NCBI RefSeq assembly: GCF_018977255.1 | Contig: NW_024704742.1 | Span: forward strand, 83,888,001-83,952,000 | Length of the DNA: 64,000 bases | Reading direction: 5' to 3' | From: Callorhinchus milii | Lineage: Eukaryota | Shown: positions 57,401 to 64,000 of the stretch, piece by piece | Position numbering within the stretch: position 1 is the stretch's first letter | Layout: every line of letters starts with the position of its first letter | Program-made: the position numbers and the translations under genes | Notes under the pieces: model-generated | Database searches by the model: none | What the model was told of the DNA's origin: nothing | What the model saw: only the letters and a program-made list of their open reading frames with translations

Positions 57401-60369
57401 TTTTTAAAGAGATAACTTGTGGATAAGGGGAACTGGATGGCTAATCAATGGAAGCCGCTTAAACTGGACACATTGGAGCCGACCGTTTTGTCCGGCTTAA
57501 GTGACTGTCCCTACTATATCTAAATTCCAGCAAAGCTTTTGACACAGTGTTGCACAGGAAATTATTTCACAATTCTTAAAAAAAACAGGGAGTCGAAGAA
57601 GCTCCAAAAGTGGACTGGAAATTGGCTCGATTGATACGCACTTGCTGCTCTGCTCTCATTGTTCAGAAGTCAGGGGAAGGTGTGGGAAGGCTGCTCAGTA
57701 AATCATCATTTGATATTGTAATTTGATTAGAGTTCTCTCTGCTGAACTCTTGAGACATTAGACTCACAACAGTATTACATAAGCATAATATGCCACTGTT
57801 GAGTCAGATGTTCACTATAGACAGAAAGGTAGCCGTTGTACCTCCCCCTTCCCTCTCTTGGTATTTCCTCACAGCAGCATTGGTAAGAATCAACATTCCA
57901 CCAATCTCTGTGGCCTTGCACTTTAGTCCTATAGCGTGCTGTGTCAGTGTGCTTTCATATGATATTCACATTGTACCGTGCCTAAGGCTCAAAAATCTCT
58001 TGTGGTCTTCAGTCTCGGCTTTAAACAATGTTAAATATTGGATGATTCTTAAATTCAGTCTTTAATTTCAAAGATTTTTTCAAACTGAGACTGCATTTCA
58101 GAATTTTCCAAAAGTTCTAAATGGCCTTACATTTTAAGACTGTAGTCTTGAGACTTTAAATGATTTCAGGGTTTTAAATGTCATTATGTTTTGTTAAAAC
58201 AAAGTGAATTCCTTTTTTGTGAATATTGCTTGAAACCTGTTTGAATTTTGTGGAAACATAGCTTCCTTTTTACGGGAATTGTTTGATTTTGAATAACCAC
58301 TGGTAAGGGAGTCAGTGACCAGAGGACATAAATTGAATAAAGATAGTGAGAGGAGAGCTCAGGAGAATTATTTTTCACTTGGAGAGTTATTGGGAAGCGA
58401 ATGGGTCGCTGAGCCCACTTGAAACGAAAGGGCTCTGCATGTTTTGAAAAACATGTTTTAAACAAAGTTTCTCAATAAAGCGTGTTGCAACTCATTTTAA
58501 GCGCTCTGAGACATATATAAATGAAAGTTGTAGTTGTAAATATACAGTCAATTCACTTTACAGTATATTCGGTGAAACACTTTGAGATGTTGCAATGATG
58601 TAATAAGCACAATATCAAATGCAAGTATTATATAACGACTACTGTAATTGCCGGCTTTCTGCGATTCTTCTCCCAGAACATGGCCTCTCTCTGACTTCAA
58701 CGTTGTGTTTGATTCTCCCATGTTGTGTTTGGAAAATGAACATTAAATTGTGTTCAAAGTTTATTTTGGAAAAGCAAGTGATGTGTAGGTACATGTTGTG
58801 ATTATTAACTACTGTTCTTCTCTAACTCCCCCCCCCCCCCCCCCCCCCCCCGACTCACATAGGCCCGTGTCATATGACACTATACATTCGGCCACATGAA
58901 GGAACCTCGATGGTCGGCTGGTCTTTTGGAGACGGGGATCCTATGTACAGCAACGAAGGAGAATATTTTGTGTTCTATTCCCACGGACTTCAGGCGGCAG
59001 CGTGGCAGTTTTGGTTAGAGTTGCAGGTAATGATGGCATTTCCCAAACAGCCCTGTATTACCATAATAATATAATAATCCTTGCGTTTGATATAGCACCT
59101 TATCACGTCTTCGAGACATTTTAAAGCGCTTCACAGAATGTACTGTAAAGTATGTTTGTTGGTGAAACGCGGCAGACAAATTGTGCACAGCAATGTCCCA
59201 CAAATAATCGTGGATTAAGTGACCATATTATTAGTACTGTTTATTATTATTTATGGAGATAAAAGGAATCATCTCAATTTTTGGTAATGTGAAAAAAAGA
59301 AGTTGTGGGATAATTTTCAAACAAAAAATTAAATTAAAAATCCCCCAGATTCCTCCCCACTGTCACGGGAGTTGATATTAGCTTGTGGCCATTAAACCAG
59401 GAGGACAGCAATGAACTGTTCTGGTCCTGCTGTGCACCCTAACGATTACATTCTACCTCTCTTCCCAAAGCTGTTTTTGTTTTTTTAACATTGATTTATG
59501 TCAGGGTGGTCCAATCTTTTGTTTTAATTTATGACTGTTACTCTCCTCTTTTAGAATGAATGGACAAAGTTGAGCTCAGGTATTAATTGAAAAAACAAGT
59601 CACAAAAGTTAGCTTGAACCAAAACCATCCATCTGTATATAGTCTGACACATGGAAATGCAACACAACCACTACACTGAGCTATTGTTTTTAAAGAAATT
59701 TGGGCACATGTGGAAACCCATCACTATATTGAAATATATATCAAACTACTTCCATGTGCATGATAAGTTCCATTTGTTTGGCGTAGACTGTGCATTCTCT
59801 CCCCTGAGGGATGCTCCCTGCTTATCTAATCCTGGAAAGTATTATATGCAGTTGGCGAGAGTGAAGGCTTGAGGACCCCGGAGTTTGCATTGAGGGTAAT
59901 ACTGGAGTTTAACCAGCAAAAATTGATTTGATTCAGATATTCAGGTACTGTCACGTGGAGCCAGCTCAGCCCCAAAGAGATCCCACAATCTCGTTATAAT
60001 AAATATTCCTCCTCAGCTGCAAAACTCAGGTGTCTGGTCACTATACAAAGTGTTTTTAGATACCCTCCCGATTTGAAACCACCATATGAATGGAAATTAT
60101 ATCTTTCAGTAAAGGATGTCTGAATCTCTTCAGTTTGATTCAGTACCACTGTTCAATAGCCCAGCCATTTCAGACTGTCTGACTTTTCATTTGATTTGCC
60201 ACAGACTCCTGAGCCAACACCTAATGGCACGGTCAGTGTTGCTATAGCTTCTCATCACCTCTTTGGAGAAGATCAGTGGACAGCAGAACTGACAGCTCTG
60301 GAGAGGAGATTTCCAGAATGGACCTTCCCATCCAGCTGGGTCAGCACCTATGATCTCTTTGTCTTCTAA
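36112..60369 (+). CDS. ERMP1: Endoplasmic reticulum metallopeptidase 1 (M28 peptidase, multi-pass membrane), complete, 15 exons, 896 aa
   Basis: Exon lengths sum to 2691 nt in frame. M28 metal/catalytic motifs NCHFDS, GASDD, NGAEE, NLEAAG and YHT are intact; C-terminus ...[11 protein letters not shown]. Confidence 0.95.
36704..37037 (-). mobile_element. Young full-length tRNA-derived SINE
   Basis: Head GTGGAGTCCTGTAGCTCAGTGGTTAGAGC, core, tail (TTA)n. Confidence 0.9.
37457..37515 (-). mobile_element. Helitron 3'-end fragment (same family as 62081-62528)
   Basis: Shares cttgcaaccaaaggatccaatat.gaatgtagatt with 62105-62139; hairpin TTGCAAGTGTAACTGCAA then ...CGAG on the minus strand. Confidence 0.6.
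37617..38336. repeat. Long inverted repeat (arms 37617-37771 and 38190-38336) with a spacer of about 420 bp
   Basis: Arms are reverse complements at roughly 90% identity by eye. Confidence 0.9.
38344..38700 (+). mobile_element. tRNA-derived SINE (older copy)
   Basis: Head, core and tail present. Confidence 0.75.
39517..39726. mobile_element. Penelope-like remnant in inverted (palindromic) arrangement
   Basis: 39522-39594 is the reverse complement of 39621-39694; minus strand CTGACGAAG...GACCCGAAGCGTTAACTC. Confidence 0.75.
39730..40090 (+). mobile_element. CR1 LINE 3' end
   Basis: RGHSLKL...[18 protein letters not shown] sequence; tail ggctcgaggggctgaatggcctattcctgctcctaattcttatg. Confidence 0.85.
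40169..40470 (+). CDS. ERMP1: ERMP1 exon 2
   Basis: [16 protein letters not shown]...[12 protein letters not shown]; tttcag| and |gtatga. Confidence 0.95.
41544..41920 (+). mobile_element. tRNA-derived SINE
   Basis: Head, core and tail present. Confidence 0.85.
42132..42259 (+). CDS. ERMP1: ERMP1 exon 3
   Basis: [16 protein letters not shown]...[10 protein letters not shown]. Confidence 0.95.
42840..43295 (-). mobile_element. L2-derived element sharing its 5' end with 29741-30059
   Basis: [12 protein letters not shown]...LKTFLF; about 190 bp highly similar to 29861-30059. Confidence 0.8.
44087..44192 (+). CDS. ERMP1: ERMP1 exon 4
   Basis: [35 protein letters not shown]. Confidence 0.95.
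44677..44823 (+). CDS. ERMP1: ERMP1 exon 5
   Basis: [11 protein letters not shown]...[14 protein letters not shown]. Confidence 0.95.
45061..45153 (+). CDS. ERMP1: ERMP1 exon 6
   Basis: [31 protein letters not shown]. Confidence 0.95.
45240..45690 (-). mobile_element. Old Deu-core SINE, full length
   Basis: Reverse complement of head, ggaggtgccatc...aaaccgaggccctg core and tail. Confidence 0.75.
46073..46285 (+). CDS. ERMP1: ERMP1 exon 7
   Basis: [13 protein letters not shown]...[15 protein letters not shown]. Confidence 0.93.
46609..46829 (+). CDS. ERMP1: ERMP1 exon 8
   Basis: TM helices, [11 protein letters not shown]...[10 protein letters not shown]; tttaatag| and |gtaagt. Confidence 0.92.
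47368..47679 (+). mobile_element. Young tRNA-derived SINE ending about 70 nt before ERMP1 exon 9
   Basis: Anticodon arm CTCGC-TTTGCAA-GCGAG, box B, core, tail. Confidence 0.9.
47747..47921 (+). CDS. ERMP1: ERMP1 exon 9
   Basis: [13 protein letters not shown]...LCSAY...WVAFPLLT; aaacag| and |gtaagc. Confidence 0.9.
49063..49380 (+). mobile_element. tRNA-derived SINE, 5'-partial
   Basis: Box B gggttcgattccc, tail. Confidence 0.75.
49593..49783 (+). CDS. ERMP1: ERMP1 exon 10
   Basis: [25 protein letters not shown]; cctag| and |gtaagt. Confidence 0.93.
50041..50624. mobile_element. Tigger/pogo-like MITE with an internal inverted repeat
   Basis: TIRs cagttaactcctgataac and gttatcaggagtttactg|ta; internal arms about 50291-50370 and 50443-50520. 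Confidence 0.75.
50920..52510 (+). mobile_element. 5'-truncated, decayed CR1 LINE ORF2 (RT) interrupted by a SINE
   Basis: [57 protein letters not shown]...WN; frameshifted. Confidence 0.93.
51088..51416 (-). mobile_element. Young SINE inserted into CR1
   Basis: Near-identical to 26295-26623; gaataa on both sides (TSD-like). Confidence 0.9.
52615..52755 (+). pseudogene. Decayed partial duplicate of ERMP1 exon 10 (pseudo-exon)
   Basis: 52659-52761 aligns to 49684-49789 (tactgagata, tggcctct, cattattctcactgctt, ttattttgtaagt); flanked by gtctag| and |gtaagt. Confidence 0.75.
53097..53249 (+). CDS. ERMP1: ERMP1 exon 11
   Basis: [14 protein letters not shown]...[18 protein letters not shown]. 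Confidence 0.93.
54967..55166 (+). CDS. ERMP1: ERMP1 exon 12
   Basis: [27 protein letters not shown]...[11 protein letters not shown]. Confidence 0.93.
55744..55859 (+). CDS. ERMP1: ERMP1 exon 13
   Basis: [15 protein letters not shown]...LIFEVT. Confidence 0.92.
56388..56520 (-). mobile_element. SINE 3' fragment
   Basis: Tail and part of core. Confidence 0.7.
58863..59026 (+). CDS. ERMP1: ERMP1 exon 14
   Basis: [12 protein letters not shown]...[21 protein letters not shown]. Confidence 0.93.
59068..59225 (-). mobile_element. SINE 3' fragment
   Basis: Tail and core. Confidence 0.7.
60205..60369 (+). CDS. ERMP1: ERMP1 exon 15 (terminal)
   Basis: [17 protein letters not shown]...[19 protein letters not shown]. 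Confidence 0.93.
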   Translation, partial: TPEPTPNGTVSVAIASHHLFGEDQWTAELTALERRFPEWTFPSSWVSTYDLFVF

Positions 60370-60459
60370 TTTGATCATAGACGAGTGGATCCATTTATTG
60401 AATGAAGTACTGGATGTGGGATAGGTCAGAGATTATGTACTCGCATACTGTGCATTATT

Positions 60460-60780
60460 CATGGTGTCCATAAAGTCCTGTCACCCCATGTTTTTGTTTC
60501 TACAGTGCACTGACCAACAACTGAAACACGTAGAAGAATGATGATCATTGTATTTAGAAGTACTTAATTGTATTCATTACAAGTGTTTAACTATTTAGAT
60601 GTACAGAGGATCGGTGTGAGTGAGCGCCAACATTTTCATGACAGATTTTCATCACCACGTTCGGTTCTACATCTTCTATAACATGATGGGGTGAGGAGGT
60701 GAAATGCATCTCTGACAGCTTTTTCAGCTCCTCCATAGTCTCGTATCACTGTTTTGTAACAGGATTTTGTGAACACCCTG
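60460..60780 (-). mobile_element. Tc1/mariner-superfamily non-autonomous element in the ERMP1 3' UTR
   Basis: TIRs catggtgtccataaagtcct and aggattttgtgaacaccctg|ta; transposase C-terminal remnant TMEELKKAVRDAF on the minus strand. Confidence 0.75.
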
Positions 60781-61908
60781 TATGAGATCTCAGCACATTA
60801 ACACCAGGAAAATGCAAATACTTAACAAATGAATGAGGTCTGTGAAGATTGCATTCAATTAATGAATGGCTCTTAACCAAACAGGTTTAAGGAAGTTTAA
60901 ATGAAGTGATATTTTAAAAAAATAAGTGCAATTCAAAAAGTTTTTTGCAGCGTTTCACATGTAAAGAAATAGAATAATTCACAAATGCGAAACACCAGAC
61001 TCACCACCAAGAGGCAGTGTTTGAACTAAGAGCATTATCTATCATTGCAGACCACAGGAAACATTGCACATCTGCCTGTTACTACACATTTCTTGAATGT
61101 TCATTATTTTTGATAATGTTGGTGAAGTTAAAGAATGAATGCCATCTATCTGGGCGACAGGTTGTGCAAGGGATTCCATGTGAGACACTGGGCTAACTCA
61201 CACTTGCGTGCTAAGATTACTGTATTTGCCACGCTGCTCTGATGAGAAATGCTGTGTACCTGCTTGTGTGTGTACACAGTCAGAAGCATTTGAATAAACT
61301 GGGTATTCTCTCCTTTGGTTTCCATGCACTGTAATAGGTATTTAACAAGTAGGTTTTGAAGCATTTTATAGTTGGAACTATTTGGAAATGAACACTGGAA
61401 TTTTGTAAGTGTAAATACTTGCTGAACAATTAAGTGAAATGGACTTGTAACTTGTGTTCACTCCCATATAATGAATGCTTATTTGGTTATTCATACATCT
61501 TCACTTTCCATTTGTTCTTAAAAGCAAATTTACATTCAAAATGCCCCAGATGGTCACAAGATGAATTCCCCCGATATTCAGTTAGTGCTGATGGATTGAT
61601 TCTTGCTGAGAGATGAAGTTTTTGATTTATGGTGTTATTAAATGTACAGTTGATGCTTTTAAAATATGTAGGTGTGAAATTGGACATCTCCTTGTGAATA
61701 GCTATTGTTCATTGGATGGCTTACCAATTCACTGTGATGTGCCATAATAGCCATCCCTAGCTACAATTAATGCCAGCTTGCAATCACGGACTTATTTTAC
61801 CATTCAGTGCTTTGTGCCAGTGATGGTTATTACAAGGAATCCCGTAAATTTCACCCTCTACTGCTAAAAATGCCATTGATTTTATTAAATCATTGATTTT
61901 ATTAAATC

Positions 61909-61914
61909 AATAAA
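61909..61914 (+). terminator. Candidate ERMP1 poly(A) signal
   Basis: AATAAA followed by GT/T-rich sequence, about 1.5 kb after the stop; another AATAAA lies near 61293. Confidence 0.45.
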
Positions 61915-62080
61915 AGGTATTGTGTTTATTAAATATTAAAATTTCAGACATGTTTGCAAGTCAGATTCATATGGGTGCCAAAGTGTCCAAATCAACTTAT
62001 CTATTTCTCTGTTAATGTAACCCAAGCTTGGCAATGATACAATTCCAACAATGTTTCTTGAATGGTCTTTATAATAATAA

Positions 62081-62528
62081 CTGGCTGTACCTGTTGCAGC
62101 TTCGCTTGCAACCAAAGGATCCAATATAGAATGTAGATTGACACCCAGACAGACATGCAGACAGATATTTCGTCTTTATCTATACTCCTTGTTGGGAGGA
62201 CTCCTTGTTGGAGTGCATACATGTGTGATGAGCTTGCAGGTCATAGCTTTGTCGCTAATTTGTTGCAGAATATATTGGTATAAATGTATTTCTAGAAGGG
62301 TGTGTGATTTCCTCAGTCACTACTTTGTTGCAGAGTACCATGCATATTTTGGGGCTTAATTAAAGCATTTTTAAAATATAACTCATCATTGATAGGAGAT
62401 CCCCGAAAAATATATACAATGACGCTCCCCATAGCAAGACCTTTCCGATTAGGTATAAATCATGTCTCTACATCAATCGGTTATTGCGTTCTTGGCGGGC
62501 AGACACATTTTGTCTTTATTAGTATAGA
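62081..62528 (-). mobile_element. Non-autonomous Helitron, 448 bp
   Basis: Minus strand: A|TCTATACTAATAAAGAC... 5' end; 3' hairpin GTTGCAAGCGAAGCTGCAAC then AGGTACAGCCAG|T; sits between A and T with no TSD. Confidence 0.75.
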
Positions 62529-63090
62529 TTAGTATTGATAATGATCCTTGCCCTTTGATATAACAAGAAATTATGTTTGTTTAGTGCTTTATCACATCTT
62601 TAAGATGTCTCAAAGCGCTTCACAGAATATACAGTAAAGTGAATTGACTGTTTTATCCCTGCAGTAGGCGGTAAATTCCTTACTTTTCTACCTTATATTT
62701 CTTTCCCTTAATTTGTTTCTCCAGCACTATTCATTAAACTGTGCCTCAAGAAATCAAAACCTCACTTTTGCCATTGCTTGGAGGTCATCACTGGTGGATT
62801 TGACTGTCAGGGAAGCCACAGCCTCCTCTGAAATGAGACTTGACCTTTGTTAAACATTAGTAAACGGGGCTGCACGGATCTCACTGTCTAGTGTTCTCTC
62901 TCCAGAGAATAGCGACTTAGTTCCTTGGTGCAGTGAAAGTACTTTTATTCTTAACATTGTCATCTGGAATATTTGGGGGGAGTGCGGGGAAGTGGGAGAG
63001 AATATTGGTTGCTGGACTGGAACCTAATTTGGAGGATTTCTTAATGGGATTCCTGGAAGTTGTTCAAAATTGTTCAGGTGTGTTTGTGTT

Positions 63091-63110
63091 GGGGGGGGGG
63101 GGGGGGGGGG
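63091..63110. repeat. G20 homopolymer
   Basis: Directly visible. Confidence 0.9.
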
Positions 63111-64000
63111 AGATTGCGGAGGTCTCCTGGTAATTGCAATTGCATCACAACATCCCATAACAACTTCACTCCCATTTGATCAACTTCCAGAGAACAAGAA
63201 ATTTCATGAGTTTGACTGGAATCTAAGGAAATGCTGCAAATACAGTCTGAAATTATTTGTTTTCTAAAAATAGGCCAGTAAGATTATCAATTATTGTGAA
63301 ACTGACCAAAGGCACAGATGCAAAGCAACGACTGTGTGCCGGCTTTCACTGTTTGTGTGGCAATGCTGCAGAGCACAAGGCTGTGTGGGCATGGACGTAC
63401 CAATATATTCTTGCTGGACAAACACCTTTTATTATCTGAGGATTTTTGTAATGATATTTTTTTTAATGTGAACAATATTTTGCACTGTTTCTCTCCCTTC
63501 CATCCCCAAACATATACCCTTCCCAAGTCCAGCATCAAGTATTTTTACAATTAGTAAGTGGAGCCCAGTAATGCTTAACAAATGCACTGATCCGTTAATC
63601 GTTCTGTTTAACAACTCAGGTTAAAATAGTGTTAACTCAATTTATTTGTTACTTAGTTTTGTTAGGGATATGTATATATATATATATATAAATATATATA
63701 TAAATATATACATGCACAACGACAAACTTGAAGGGACTGAAAAGCTGGGCAGCTTCTGTGTTGGACTTGGTTTTGCTTCTGTTTCAATAATTTTTAAACA
63801 TTTAATGAAGGGAATGTGGTGCAATGGATCTTGATTTTTGTGCATTTGTTTTATGTGAACTACATTTTCCATTGTTTTGTCTTTGTTTGAAATGGTTGCT
63901 TTTTGCTGATGGTTAAAGGAACTTCAGAAGTGTTATAAACTAAAACCTGGCTGAAACGTTTTGGTTATATTGGTGCGTTTGCAAACTTTACTGAATAAAA

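Noticed and set aside
57060..58160. Scattered semi-palindromic agtctt/aagact motifs
   Set aside because: May be an old DNA transposon, but I could not define termini or arms

Overview
Vertebrate genomic DNA, AT-rich and dense in repeats. The repeat content (tRNA-headed Deu-core SINEs with L2-type tails, L2, CR1, Penelope remnants) suggests a cartilaginous fish, possibly a chimaera (inference). I reconstructed three spliced genes by hand, in the same order and orientation as the human KIAA2026-MLANA-ERMP1 block. (1) The last six coding exons of KIAA2026/BRD10 (+, 1478-16149). (2) A complete 118-aa MLANA/Melan-A gene (-, four coding exons, 19213-24493) that the ORF track misses. (3) A complete 15-exon, 896-aa ERMP1 gene (+, 36112-60369). 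All junctions are GT-AG and phase-consistent. Notable extras: a DDT/WHIM-like (ISWI-partner) module in KIAA2026; a decayed duplicate of ERMP1 exon 10 that keeps splice sites; Penelope-type hammerhead ribozyme motifs; a short Helitron with both termini; a long inverted repeat enclosing truncated retroelement pieces; hAT, Tigger and mariner MITEs; and inverted young SINEs around in-frame ERMP1 exons 9-10. No prokaryotic system or CRISPR array is present.
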